A stretch of 62,756 nt of DNA, filler included. It is 7 parts of 7 records of this genome, joined end to end, with 100 filler letters (N's around TTAATTAATTAA, not from the genome) between each part and the next. Parts side by side here need not be neighbours in the genome. Positions count along the whole stretch, not along the records: positions 1 to 10,041 come from SRR31156797_7879; positions 10,142 to 18,498 come from SRR31156797_7886; 5 more parts are not named here. One strand, 5' to 3'. Below are positions 1 to 10,786 of this stretch, piece by piece. Each line of letters starts with the position of its first letter. Position 1 is the first letter of the stretch. The position numbers and the translations under genes were made by a program. The notes beneath the pieces are model-generated. The model was not told where the DNA came from. It did not search any database and saw only the letters and a program-made list of their open reading frames with translations.

Positions 1-730
1 TTTTCATCTCTTCAAACTCTTCAGCAGTTAGTTTACCTGGTTTTAGTAAAATTTTATCAGGAACTCCGACTTTTCCAATATCATGAAGAGGCGAAGATTT
101 AAAGATATACTCTATTACATTAGGTTCATTCAATTCAGCAAACTTTTTATTAAATCTTAAATGTTCAGCTAAAATTTTAACATAATATTGAGTTCTTAAG
201 ATATGAGCGCCGGTTTCATTATCACGAGTTTCAGTTAGTGATGCAAGCGTTCTAATAGTAACTTCTTGCGTCCGATTTAATTCTCGTGTTCTCTCCTCAA
301 CTCTTTTTTCAAGCATTAAGTTTTGCTTTTTTACTTCCTCAGTTGCAGTTTTAAGCATTAGATGAGTTTTAACTCTGGCCTTAACTATTGTTGGGTTTAT
401 TGGTTTAGTAATATAATCAACAGCACCAACTTCAAGTCCGTAAGCTTCATCTTCGATCTCACTTTTTGCTGTGATGAAAATAATAGGTATATCACGTGTA
501 TTAATATTTTCCTTTAATTTTCTACAAACCTCATATCCGTCCATTTCAGGCATCATTATATCAAGGAGTATTAAATCAGGCGGCTTGCTTGAAAAAGCTT
601 TCTGTAGCGCTTTCTCCCCGCTTAGAGCAAATGTTCTCTTGTATTCACTCAAAATACCACCAAGCACATCAATGTTTTCAGGAGTATCATCAACTATTAA
701 TATTTTCTGATTTTTAATTCTTTCATCCAT
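1..730 (-). CDS. Response regulator with REC + HD-GYP phosphodiesterase domain (RpfG family), 3' end beyond window
   Basis: Manual translation from ATG at 730: MDERIKNQKILIVDDTPEN...LILLDIMMPEMDG...DYITKP (REC), then ETRDNETGAH and SPLHDIGKVGVPDKILLKPGKLT (HD-GYP). Absent from the ORF track because it runs off the edge. Confidence 0.92.
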   Translation of the reverse strand, partial: MDERIKNQKILIVDDTPENIDVLGGILSEYKRTFALSGEKALQKAFSSKPPDLILLDIMMPEMDGYEVCRKLKENINTRDIPIIFITAKSEIEDEAYGLEVGAVDYITKPINPTIVKARVKTHLMLKTATEEVKKQNLMLEKRVEERTRELNRTQEVTIRTLASLTETRDNETGAHILRTQYYVKILAEHLRFNKKFAELNEPNVIEYIFKSSPLHDIGKVGVPDKILLKPGKLTAEEFEEMK

Positions 731-732
731 AA

Positions 733-3700
733 TTATTCACCCTTTAATAAATTATGTTTTTTAAAAAATATGTTTAATTCAGTAATAGCTTGTTCAAATT
801 CATAATTGTGAACAAAGCTTTTAAGGTTATTCAGATCATTATAGAAAGGCTGCGATTTAACTTTGCTAAGAATCTTTTCAAAGAAATCAAGTGCATCTAT
901 ATCATCTTCGTTTAATAATTTAATTAATTTTTCAAATAAATGTTCAAGTTCTTGCTGGGAATACTCATCAGATGAAGTTAATTGATTTTCTTCTTTTGAG
1001 AGTATTGTTTTAATATCATTGAGAACAACATTAAGTTCTTTATTAACTTCAATTAGAGTTTTTTCAGATTTACCAAAATCATCTTTTAGAGCAACTTCAG
1101 CTTCGAGGCATAAATTATGTAATATATTTGCTGAAATATTTCCTGAGACACCTTTTAATGTGTGAATTATTCGTGTTAATTTATCACTTTCGTTATCATG
1201 AAATAATTTATTTATACTTGCTGTTAACCCTAAATTATTATGATAGAACTTATTAATTAAAGATAGATAAAGAGATTTATTATCCCCAATTCTATGAATT
1301 CCTTCATGTATATCCAGATGAGCATTAAGAGTTAATGTAGAGTTTGGCGAATCAATCAGAATTTCCATATCTGAATCTTTCTTAATCCACTTATGTAATT
1401 TCTTAAATAAGGTATCAGGAATAATTGGCTTTGAGACATAGTCATTCATGCCAGCTTCAATACATTGTTTTTCTACTCCTTTTAATGCATCAGCGGTCAT
1501 TGCGATTATTGGAATTTCAAGTAAATGAAGTTCCTCACGGATTACTTTAGTTGCCTTGTAACCATCTAAAACAGGCATTTGTAAGTCCATTAATATTATA
1601 TCATATTTTGCACTATTAAAGTCAACTAATTTATCAACTGCCTTTTGTCCATTATTCGCAATATCTACCCAGAACCCTTTTTTTTGTAAAATTTCTATTG
1701 CAACTTGTTGATTTATTTCATTATCCTCAACTAATAAAATTTTAGCTCCTTTAATAAATTCGATACTTTCATGTAACTTTTCTTCTTGATTTTTTCTAAA
1801 TTCAGGAGCTTCAATTCCTAAAATATTTATTATGGAGTTAAAAATCGCTGATTGTGTTATTGGTTTAAGAATAATGTCATCAAAACTAGAATTTTTTAAA
1901 TCAATAAAGGATTCCTGAGAATACTTTTCTGTTAAAATAAATTTAGTATCATTATGTAACGGTAAAATTTCTTTGAAAGAATTAATAAACTTCTCTCCTG
2001 ATTTTGCAGAGCACTCTGAAGCAATTAAAACTATTTTATAACTTTTATCTTGAACCTGCTTATAGGCTTTACTTCTGCTATCCGCAATATCAACGTTAAA
2101 TGTGAAGGATTCCAGATATAGTTTAAGGGTTTCGGCAGCAGTAATATTATTATCAACAATTAATGCTGACATATTTCTCAGATCAATTGATGGAAGTATA
2201 TAATCTGTTTTTACTCTATTACTTCTCCTAAATTCTGCTGTAAAGTTAAAACTACTTCCTTCTCCTACTGTACTTTCAGCACTTATCGTTCCGCTCATCA
2301 TTTCAACCAGTTTTTTGGATATGCTTAAGCCAAGGCCGGTTCCGCCGTATTTTCTTGTAGTGGAAGTATCAGCCTGGATAAAAGACTCAAACAAAGTAGC
2401 AAGTTTTTCCTTATCAATACCTATACCGGTATCTTTAATGGAGAACGAGAGAGTAATGTTTTCTTGAGTTTCTTTTTCCAGATCAATGCTAATAAGGACT
2501 TCTCCTTTTTCTGTAAATTTAACAGAGTTACTAACTAAATTGAGTAAAATTTGTCCTAATCTTAAAGAATCTCCAATAAGATATTCCGGTACTTCAGGAC
2601 TTTTTCTGATGATTACTTCAATATCTTTATTTTGAGCCTTAACACTAATTACGTTAGCAAGATTTTCAAGAACTTTATTTAAATTAAACTCAATAGATTC
2701 AAATTCAATTTTTCCAGCCTCAATTTTAGAGAAATCTAATATATCGTTTATGATATTTAGAAGATTATTTGAAGATTGCCTTACTTTTTCAACATAGTCT
2801 TTTTGTTTTTTATTAAGTATAGTTTGTGATAACAAATGAGTTATTCCAAGTATTGCATTCATTGGAGTTCTGATTTCATGACTCATATTTGCGAGAAAAT
2901 GACTTTTTGCTTTATTTGCAAGGTCGGCTTTTTGTTTAGCTTCTTTTAATTTATTCTCAATATTTTTTCTGGCAATTGCATTTGCAAAAATATCCCCGAA
3001 TATCTTTAATACGGCAATATCTTCTTTTGTCCATATTTTTTCCTCTTTTATAGTGTCAAAACCAACAAAACCAAGTAATTCATGACTGTATCTAATAGGG
3101 ACGAATAATTGAGATTTAATATTTTCTTTTAACAATACTTCTCTGACAATTCCTGACTCCTCTTCAAGATTAGCAACACTTGGGATATGGATATTCTTAA
3201 ATGAATTTAGTTGATCCATAAACCAAGGGAAAGGAAATAATCCTTTAAGAGTATCTATTTGAGATTTTACCCCTTCTGCTCTCCACTCATGAGTATTGTA
3301 GATGATTCTTTTATCTGGGGAGATAAGAAAAAGGTAACCTCTGTCAACCCGTGAAAATTCACATATTTTTTTAAGTCCGTATTCAATTTCTGAATCGATC
3401 TCTTTCATAGAGTGAATTATTAAATGTGTTGAGATATCTGCAAATAACTTTTCAAGTTCAGCTTGATGCATTCGCGTTTCTTCAATCTTTTTTTGCTCAG
3501 TGATATCATATATATTCATAACAAAATGAGAAATGATATCTTTTGAATAAATAGGAGAAACATTTATTCTTACCCAGATCTCTTTATTTTCACTTGTATC
3601 TATTTTTTTATCTTTTGTCCAAACGATACCTTTGTTAAGAGTTAATTTAATTTCATCATATGATTTGAGAAAATATGGCTTTTTACCAATAATATCAGTA

Positions 3701-6700
3701 AAATTATATCCTGTTAAAACCGTAAATGATTCATTTGTATATTCAATTTCGAAATCAAAATCAGTTATTAAAACAGCTGAAGGGCTTTGCTCGATTGCTT
3801 GACTTAACTTTAATAAATTTGCTTCAACATTTTTTCTGTTTTTTATCTCTTTTTTTAATCTTTTATTCCAAAAGATTATTGCAATTAGTATTAATATTGA
3901 AAGAGCGATAACAAAACTGATAGTTCGAGTTAGGTATTTTTTTTCATCCTCAATATTTGGATTCTTGTTTAGCCATTTCCTCTCAAGGCCTTCTTTCTCT
4001 AATGGAGAAATATCTGATAAAGCTTTTTCAAAAATTGCAGCATCAATATTAGCGTTTTTCCTAAAACCTAATGCAAGATCATATGTGAAATCGTTAAATT
4101 TATTTTGCGAAAAAACGCGAAGATTGTTCTTCATAAAATAATCAAAAGTAGCTCTGTCAATAAGCATCATGTCAGCTTTATTTTCTTCAATCATTTGTAA
4201 GCCTAGTTCAGCATCATTTATTGAAATAATTGTTAATAAAGGATACTTTCTTACAATTTCACGTTCAATAGAGTATGCTTCAGGTATAATTATTTTTTTG
4301 TTTTTTTGAGATTTGAGAGAAGAAATTTTTTGCTCTCCCTCTTTAGTAATGATCATTAGTTTGGATCTTGAGTAAAATTTTGAGCTTTCAAATTCAGAAG
4401 AATATGTTTTGTTTATAGGAAACTCAGCAATGAAATTCACATTGCTATTGGAATAAACTTCATCATAACTTCCAACTGGAATGAAATTAAAGTTAATATT
4501 TAGCTTAGTTTCAATACTTGTAAGGTAATCAATAATCAATCCTTGGAAGAAGTTATTTTTGTAAAAACTAAAAGGAGGATTATTTTTTAAAATAGCGATA
4601 TTTATAAATGAATTTTTTTGTAACCAGTTTAGTTCATCGAGAGATAAATGAATTTTTTGATTATAAGGTTTTTCATTTAAGAGTTTTGTTAAAATTTCAT
4701 TTTTTTCTTTAAAAGATATTAAGTTTAATTGTTTTTCAATTAAATTTTTTAACGTTTTATCTTTTGACGATGTTAAAAATCCAATATTGATTTCAGGTAA
4801 ACCTTCAATTTTATTAACTGAAATGTTTTGGAACTCATTATCATCTTTTAAATTATTAAGGTAATTATAGTTTTCTATAAATGCATCTGCTTCTTCATTT
4901 AAAACCTGCTCAAATCCCTCTGCAAGAGTAGAAACAGTTTTTAAGTTAATTTCCGGGAAATTATTTGAGATGTAATAGTAGAAATCAGAATCTTTCTCTA
5001 CAACAACTTTTTTCCCGTTTAAGCTGTTGATTGAAATAATATAAGGGTTTAATGCTACTATTGCCGGTTCAGAAATAGTATGTTCAGTAAAGTTAGTATT
5101 ATCTTTATTATCGAATGCAGCATGACTAAGAATTAAATCAATTTCTCCATTTTCGAGTTTGTTATTTAAATTATATTTCTCAATGAATTTATATTCATAT
5201 TTCAAACCAATATTTGCAAGGATTTTTTTGATGAAATTAATAGATGTACCCTGTAAGGCATTATTTCGACTAATGTATTCAAAAGGAAAATAATCTTTGA
5301 GAACTCCTATAGTAATAGATGAATTTTTATTTAGCCAATCTTTTTCTTCGTTTGTAAAATTAGAATAGATACGACCATCCAGGTGAGGTATCCATTTATC
5401 CTCTATTTCGGTTAACTCTTTTTGACTGATACTATTAATCCCGGTATTGATTGTATTTAATAATTGATTATTTTCTGAGTGGACACCGGCAAATAAACTT
5501 TTTGTAAATTTAAATGATTCCAGTTGAAAAAACTCTGTTCCCAGTTTATCAGCAAAAAGTTCTTTTATGATGATCTCGTCATGGAAAATTCCATCAATAG
5601 TATTGTTCAAAAAAGCTCTATGTAGAGAGTTTAAATTACTAAATTCAATTGTTGAGATGTTCGGGAATTGTTTGATTAAGTAATTGGAATTAAAAGTATT
5701 CTCAATAACTCCTAAACGAATATTCTCCAAATCAACAAAATTAGTATAATAATTATTTTTCTTTACAAAAATGCCTACTTCGGTTTTATATATAGGATTA
5801 GATAGTTCAATTTTACTTCTTCCGGAGTCCTGCAAAAGAAATCCTGAATAAATATCAGCTTCAATCCTGCTTAATGCTGAAGGAGTTAAGCCGCTTTGAT
5901 ATGGAGTTAAACGGATTTTTTTTCCTGTTTTCTTAGACCAAATATTCCAGAAATCAACTAAAAAACCTTCAAGGCTGTCTCCTCGGTCAATATTGGAAAA
6001 GGGCTTGTAATCTTCTGGAATAGCAATTGTTAAGATATCATCTGTAGCACCTATTGCTACGAGATTCCATTTATCAATTAAAGCTTTCTTTTCTGAATCG
6101 CTTATTCTATTTAATCCGTTCAAAATTATTTTCGAAAGCTCAATATTGTTATTTTTAATAGCAATATTATGTGCATTTTCAAATAATACTTGTTTAGATG
6201 AATAATAGTATTCGTTTTGTAATTGATGTTTATTTAGATAATAATTTGCTTTTATCTCATCAGAAATAAAAACCATAATTTCATTGTTTTTTAGAGCTTT
6301 CATTAAATTATCATATGAGTTAAAAATTCGAATATTATTTGTATTTGAAAATTCATTTAATAAAAATTTACTGCTAGAACTATCTTTTACTGCTCCAATT
6401 TGAAATGGTAAAAGTGTTTGTAAATCTGTTATGTTTTTTAAAGAGTTGTTAATAAAAATATTATTAGAACTATTAAAAACAGTAGTTAAATAATTAAAAG
6501 TTTGATTATTTTCGCTTAAGTTATTCATTCCAACATAGAGATCAAAGAGATCTTCGTTATTTAAGTTTTTTTCTTTTTTTTCGTTTTGATCAAAAAAATA
6601 AGAAACTGGAATATTTATTTTTTTACTCCAAAGTTCAAATAAATCAATAAACAGTCCATCAGCTTGATCGTTAATATTTTTAAAATAATAAGGAGAGCTT

Positions 6701-6816
6701 GAATTTAAAAATGAAATTCGAATCTCATCTATTTCATTTTTTTGCTTTTGATTTGAATAAGAAAATTGTATAAATAAGCTAAAAAGTATCAATAATAGTA
6801 ATTTAGTATATTTCAT
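733..6816 (-). CDS. Hybrid sensor histidine kinase: about four periplasmic solute-binding (PBPb) repeats, TM, PAS, GAF, HisKA, HATPase, REC, REC, Hpt
   Basis: H-box [16 protein letters not shown]1 and G2 boxes (NLVSNSVKFT, DTGIG, GGTGLGL); REC ILMDLQMP; Hpt IHTLKGVSGNI; repeated P(F/Y)...G...D PBPb openings. ATG at 6816 fits the AAGGAG spacing better than GTG at 6825. Confidence 0.9.
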   Translation of the reverse strand: MKYTKLLLLILFSLFIQFSYSNQKQKNEIDEIRISFLNSSSPYYFKNINDQADGLFIDLFELWSKKINIPVSYFFDQNEKKEKNLNNEDLFDLYVGMNNLSENNQTFNYLTTVFNSSNNIFINNSLKNITDLQTLLPFQIGAVKDSSSSKFLLNEFSNTNNIRIFNSYDNLMKALKNNEIMVFISDEIKANYYLNKHQLQNEYYYSSKQVLFENAHNIAIKNNNIELSKIILNGLNRISDSEKKALIDKWNLVAIGATDDILTIAIPEDYKPFSNIDRGDSLEGFLVDFWNIWSKKTGKKIRLTPYQSGLTPSALSRIEADIYSGFLLQDSGRSKIELSNPIYKTEVGIFVKKNNYYTNFVDLENIRLGVIENTFNSNYLIKQFPNISTIEFSNLNSLHRAFLNNTIDGIFHDEIIIKELFADKLGTEFFQLESFKFTKSLFAGVHSENNQLLNTINTGINSISQKELTEIEDKWIPHLDGRIYSNFTNEEKDWLNKNSSITIGVLKDYFPFEYISRNNALQGTSINFIKKILANIGLKYEYKFIEKYNLNNKLENGEIDLILSHAAFDNKDNTNFTEHTISEPAIVALNPYIISINSLNGKKVVVEKDSDFYYYISNNFPEINLKTVSTLAEGFEQVLNEEADAFIENYNYLNNLKDDNEFQNISVNKIEGLPEINIGFLTSSKDKTLKNLIEKQLNLISFKEKNEILTKLLNEKPYNQKIHLSLDELNWLQKNSFINIAILKNNPPFSFYKNNFFQGLIIDYLTSIETKLNINFNFIPVGSYDEVYSNSNVNFIAEFPINKTYSSEFESSKFYSRSKLMIITKEGEQKISSLKSQKNKKIIIPEAYSIEREIVRKYPLLTIISINDAELGLQMIEENKADMMLIDRATFDYFMKNNLRVFSQNKFNDFTYDLALGFRKNANIDAAIFEKALSDISPLEKEGLERKWLNKNPNIEDEKKYLTRTISFVIALSILILIAIIFWNKRLKKEIKNRKNVEANLLKLSQAIEQSPSAVLITDFDFEIEYTNESFTVLTGYNFTDIIGKKPYFLKSYDEIKLTLNKGIVWTKDKKIDTSENKEIWVRINVSPIYSKDIISHFVMNIYDITEQKKIEETRMHQAELEKLFADISTHLIIHSMKEIDSEIEYGLKKICEFSRVDRGYLFLISPDKRIIYNTHEWRAEGVKSQIDTLKGLFPFPWFMDQLNSFKNIHIPSVANLEEESGIVREVLLKENIKSQLFVPIRYSHELLGFVGFDTIKEEKIWTKEDIAVLKIFGDIFANAIARKNIENKLKEAKQKADLANKAKSHFLANMSHEIRTPMNAILGITHLLSQTILNKKQKDYVEKVRQSSNNLLNIINDILDFSKIEAGKIEFESIEFNLNKVLENLANVISVKAQNKDIEVIIRKSPEVPEYLIGDSLRLGQILLNLVSNSVKFTEKGEVLISIDLEKETQENITLSFSIKDTGIGIDKEKLATLFESFIQADTSTTRKYGGTGLGLSISKKLVEMMSGTISAESTVGEGSSFNFTAEFRRSNRVKTDYILPSIDLRNMSALIVDNNITAAETLKLYLESFTFNVDIADSRSKAYKQVQDKSYKIVLIASECSAKSGEKFINSFKEILPLHNDTKFILTEKYSQESFIDLKNSSFDDIILKPITQSAIFNSIINILGIEAPEFRKNQEEKLHESIEFIKGAKILLVEDNEINQQVAIEILQKKGFWVDIANNGQKAVDKLVDFNSAKYDIILMDLQMPVLDGYKATKVIREELHLLEIPIIAMTADALKGVEKQCIEAGMNDYVSKPIIPDTLFKKLHKWIKKDSDMEILIDSPNSTLTLNAHLDIHEGIHRIGDNKSLYLSLINKFYHNNLGLTASINKLFHDNESDKLTRIIHTLKGVSGNISANILHNLCLEAEVALKDDFGKSEKTLIEVNKELNVVLNDIKTILSKEENQLTSSDEYSQQELEHLFEKLIKLLNEDDIDALDFFEKILSKVKSQPFYNDLNNLKSFVHNYEFEQAITELNIFFKKHNLLKGE

Positions 6817-7139
6817 AGAACTCACGGCTCCTTTAATATGTAGAACACAAATTTTTAAAACCTGCTACTATATTTATATTATATTATTATGGAAAAGTCT
6901 AATAAAACCTTTCTTGAATTTTCTTATTTTTTTAATTGATTTAATTTAAAAAGCTGTAAAAAGTAAAGGAAACGCTAAAATAATGTTGTATAATTAATTA
7001 TAAGTATTTTTTATTATATCATAAAGAGGAGGAGGAGATTAGATTTAAAGTTTTACAAGTGTATTGTATCAACTGTGAAATCTACTAAAAGAGCGCTAGT
7101 GTTGTTAGTTTAACAAAATGATATTAGCGGAGTAAGGGA

Positions 7140-8462
7140 GTGGAAACAATGATGAAAACTTATATTTTGGATACAAATGTATTAATTCATGATCCTAATG
7201 CAATGTTTAACTTTGAAGATAATGAAGTAGTTATACCTATTTATGTAATTGAAGAAATCGATAAATTGAAAAGAGCTGAAGGTGAAAGAGGAAGAAATTC
7301 AAGAGTAACAGCTAGAAATTTAGATGATCTTAGAAAAATGGGAAGTATAAGTGACGGAGTAAAACTTGAATCAGGTGGTTTTATACGTGTAGAAACTCAG
7401 GGAAACATAAATGAACTTCCGGATTTTATGAGAGATGATAAAGTTGATAACAGAATAATAGCAGTTGCAGTTCAGCTTAGTCGTGGAGAAGGAAAAACGA
7501 TTCTTGTAACTAAAGATATAAATATGAGGATAAAAGCTGATGCGCTGAATATTGAAGTTCAGGATTATGAAACTGACAGTGTAGATATTGGTGAATTGTA
7601 TGTTGGATTGAACAAACTTGTGATTGATGAAGAAAGTTACTTCAGGTTTACTAAATCCGGTAAGCTGAAATTTTCTGATGTAATGGATAAAGAGCCGTTT
7701 GCAAATCAGTTCTTTAATTTTACTAATGGAAATAAATCTTTATCAGGGATTTATAATAAAGATAAAAAACGTGTAGAAAAATTTGTTTATGGTGGAAATA
7801 TTGAAGCCTGGGGTATTAGGGCAAGAAACCTTGAGCAAGAATGTGCAATGGAAATGTTAATGGATGAAGGTATAAAAGTTGTAACGTTGGTTGGTAAGGC
7901 CGGGACAGGAAAAACTCTATTGGCACTTGCCGCTGCCTTAGAGCAAGTAGTTGAGAGAAAAATATATAAAAAAATACTGGTAGCAAGACCTGTAGTTCCA
8001 ATGGGAAAAGATATAGGTTATCTGCCAGGTGGTGAAAAAGAAAAATTAAGACCTTGGATGCAGCCGATTTATGATAATTTCGATTTTTTAGCTGAAAATA
8101 AAGATGATGATTCGAGAGCTGGAGAAAAAGTTGTAGCAGGACTTGAAACTCTCGGAATGTTGAAAATAGAAGCACTTACATATATTAGAGGTAGAACAAT
8201 TCCTAAAGGTTTTATTATAATTGATGAGGCGCAAAACCTAACACCTCATGAAATCAAAACAATAGTAACAAGAGCCGGAGAAGATACAAAAATAGTATTT
8301 ACAGGAGATCCTTATCAAATTGATAATCCATATTTAGATTCAAACAGTAATGGTCTAACATACTTAGCAGAAAGATTTAAACATGAAAAAATAGCTGGTC
8401 ATATTACGCTGATGAAAGGTGAAAGATCAGAATTAGCAGAATTAGCAGCAAAATTATTATAA
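7140..8462 (+). CDS. PIN-PhoH family protein (PhoH2/YlaK-like)
   Basis: PIN start ILDTNVLIHD, Walker A GKAGTGKT, YIRGRT, Walker B IIIDEAQN, GDPYQID. Confidence 0.92.
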   Translation: METMMKTYILDTNVLIHDPNAMFNFEDNEVVIPIYVIEEIDKLKRAEGERGRNSRVTARNLDDLRKMGSISDGVKLESGGFIRVETQGNINELPDFMRDDKVDNRIIAVAVQLSRGEGKTILVTKDINMRIKADALNIEVQDYETDSVDIGELYVGLNKLVIDEESYFRFTKSGKLKFSDVMDKEPFANQFFNFTNGNKSLSGIYNKDKKRVEKFVYGGNIEAWGIRARNLEQECAMEMLMDEGIKVVTLVGKAGTGKTLLALAAALEQVVERKIYKKILVARPVVPMGKDIGYLPGGEKEKLRPWMQPIYDNFDFLAENKDDDSRAGEKVVAGLETLGMLKIEALTYIRGRTIPKGFIIIDEAQNLTPHEIKTIVTRAGEDTKIVFTGDPYQIDNPYLDSNSNGLTYLAERFKHEKIAGHITLMKGERSELAELAAKLL

Positions 8463-8482
8463 TTTATAGAAAACTAATTGCG

Positions 8483-8516
8483 ATAGAGAGAGCTTATTCG
8501 GCTTTCTCTATTTTTT
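8483..8516 (+). terminator. Rho-independent terminator after the phoH-like gene
   Basis: ATAGAGAGAGC...GCTTTCTCTAT stem followed by a T-run. Confidence 0.7.
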
Positions 8517-8715
8517 ATTGTAGTCGAAGACTTTTTTTAATCATGCTACTTTTAATAAAAAATAACTGATATATATTAATTGACAAAAAATGTATCGAAA
8601 GGTATAACAATATAAGAGCACGTAAAAAATCAGATGAATTTGCTGATTAAATTTTAAGACAAATAAACTAAAATATATATAATTTGAACTCAAAATTAAC
8701 TTAAGGAGGATATTG

Positions 8716-8991
8716 ATGATCAAAATACTGGCAGTATGTGGGAATGGGATGGGTACCAGTATGGTGATAAAAATGAAAGTACAGAAGATTCTTAAAAAAT
8801 TGGAAATAGCTGCACAAGTTGATTATTCCAGTTTAGAACAAGCTGCTGCTCAAATAGATAACTATAATATAATTTTGGCTTCTGCACATGTAGCGGATGA
8901 ATTTGAATCAAAGGATACAAAAATAATATCACTTGTAAATATTATAGATGAAAAAGAATTAGAAGATAAATTAGTTGGAGCACTTAAATAA
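8716..8991 (+). CDS. PTS EIIB component (ascorbate/galactitol family, UlaB/SgaB-like)
   Basis: Phospho-Cys loop ILAVCGNGMGTS; AGGAGG RBS 6 nt before ATG 8716. Confidence 0.85.
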   Translation: MIKILAVCGNGMGTSMVIKMKVQKILKKLEIAAQVDYSSLEQAAAQIDNYNIILASAHVADEFESKDTKIISLVNIIDEKELEDKLVGALK

Positions 8992-9443
8992 TGGTTATAA
9001 AAAACTCTTTAATTAAAAATAATTCACTTCAAATCATTGATGAAGTTTCATCGTGGGAAGAAGCAATTAAAGTAGCTGTAACTCCTTTAATAGAATCCGG
9101 AGCTGTGGAAAATCGTTACTACGATGCCATGATAGAAGTAACAAAAGATAAAGGGCCTTATTATATAATAGGGGAGAATATAGCGATGCCACACTCAAGA
9201 CCTGAAAACGGTGTCAATGAAACTGCTTTTGCATTTTTGTTATTAAAGAAAGCAATTGACTTTAATGTAGAGGGTTATGAATCAAGAGAAGCAGATATTC
9301 TATTTGTTCTAGCGGCAGAAGAGAGTGGTGAAGATGTTCAGGAAGCAATTACCGAATTGTTGACGCTTGTTGAAAATTCTAAAAAATTAAAAAAGTTACG
9401 TAATTCAACAAAAATAGAGGAAATATTGACTTTGCTTGACTAA
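8991..9443 (+). CDS. PTS EIIA component (UlaC/mannitol-fructose type)
   Basis: SWEEAI, GPYYII and phospho-His motif IAMPHSRP; overlaps the EIIB stop by 1 nt. Confidence 0.85.
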   Translation: MVIKNSLIKNNSLQIIDEVSSWEEAIKVAVTPLIESGAVENRYYDAMIEVTKDKGPYYIIGENIAMPHSRPENGVNETAFAFLLLKKAIDFNVEGYESREADILFVLAAEESGEDVQEAITELLTLVENSKKLKKLRNSTKIEEILTLLD

Positions 9444-9613
9444 AGGGAACTTTAGAAAGTGATAGATTTCATTTGGAAGTCAAAATAAACCTTGAAAATA
9501 AATAACAGCTATTATATAATGATTTGGTATAATGGGATTTTTGTGTTTCCATTTTGATATTAATTATGAGAATAAAATTATAAAATTTTATGAAAGAAAA
9601 GGAGAGGATTCTT

Positions 9614-10041
9614 TTGGGAATTTTTTCAGGTAAAAAGAGATATGCTACGATAAAAGCTGAAGATGCAGTGAAGCAGACTAAGCCCTTAAAGTCATCTAAC
9701 CTATGGGTTAAATGTGATTCGTGCAATGAAATATTATTAAAAAAGGACATTGATAATAATCATAAGAAATGTCCAAACTGTGATTTTTACTTTAATATGA
9801 GTGCAGAAGAAAGAGTAGAGCTTTTAATAGATGAAGGAACATTTACAGAGTATGATGAAGAAATCACATCAAAAAATCCTTTAGATTTCCCTGGATATGA
9901 AGGAAGTCAGGAAAGATCAAAAAACAAAACCGGTTTGAATGAAGGTGTTGTCTCAGGAACAGGACAAATGAACGGAATGGATATCAGTATAGCTGTTATG
10001 GAATTTAAGTTTATGGGTGGAAGTATGGGTTCTGTTGTTGG
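9614..10041 (+). CDS. accD: Acetyl-CoA carboxylase carboxyltransferase beta subunit, truncated by contig end
   Basis: LWVKCDSC...KCPNC Zn finger, NPLDFPGY, FMGGSMGSVV. TTG start after GGAG (ORF-track start 9590 also possible). Confidence 0.92.
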
Positions 10042-10141
10042 NNNNNNNNNNNNNNNNNNNNNNNNNNNNNNNNNNNNNNNNNNNNTTAATTAATTAANNN
10101 NNNNNNNNNNNNNNNNNNNNNNNNNNNNNNNNNNNNNNNNN
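10042..10141. other. Artificial contig linker
   Basis: N44-TTAATTAATTAA-N44, with stops in all six frames; genes cut on both sides. Confidence 0.98.
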
Positions 10142-10786
10142 TATAAGTGCAGCAAATCCCCACCAACCTTTGTGGTTCATTACAAATGAAAAAACACCAT
10201 TTGTATCTGTTTTTACAACTTGTGTGATATGTGCATCAGTAGGAGCTTTAAGATTGTATTCATTGTATAATTCTACTTCTACTTCAACATTTGAAGCTGG
10301 CTTACCATTATATAAAACTTTTCCTTGAAAAAGGTTTCCTGAATATAGTCCAAAAGGCTTTGTTAAAGGTACTATCTCATATTTTAAACCAATTGGTTCA
10401 TCCCAACCATCTTCTAAACCATAAGCAGAAATAATTGATTTTGGTACATGTGAAATAAACTTTCCTTCTGCTGGTTCAAAATAAGGTTTTGGTTGAACAT
10501 AAAACTTATATACACCTGGTCTTTTTATTTCATATGAAGTTTTCCAAGATTTGTGGTCAAACTTAGAAGATTCAGTTAAAGGTAAAACCTCTTTTTTATC
10601 TTCTAAATAGATACCTTCAGGTTTTACCATTGTCATTCCTGTTTGTTCAAATGGATGAATAAACATTGCATCAAAATTAACAATTGATTCCTTTTGCGAT
10701 TTAACATTATCTGTTGAGGGTAAAAATGTTAAAAAATGTGCATTAGCAAATATTGCAGTGATTAACATAAATAATACTTTTTTCAT
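10142..10786 (-). CDS. DUF4198 family periplasmic Ni/Co uptake component, 3' truncated
   Basis: Signal peptide ending ANA-HF, HPFEQ, PYFEPAE, YEIVPLTKPFGLY, GWWGFAAL. Confidence 0.85.

Noticed and set aside
10086-10097. Recurring TTAATTAATTAA palindrome as a biological repeat
   Set aside because: It is always centred in N-runs of identical length, so it is a synthetic six-frame stop linker.
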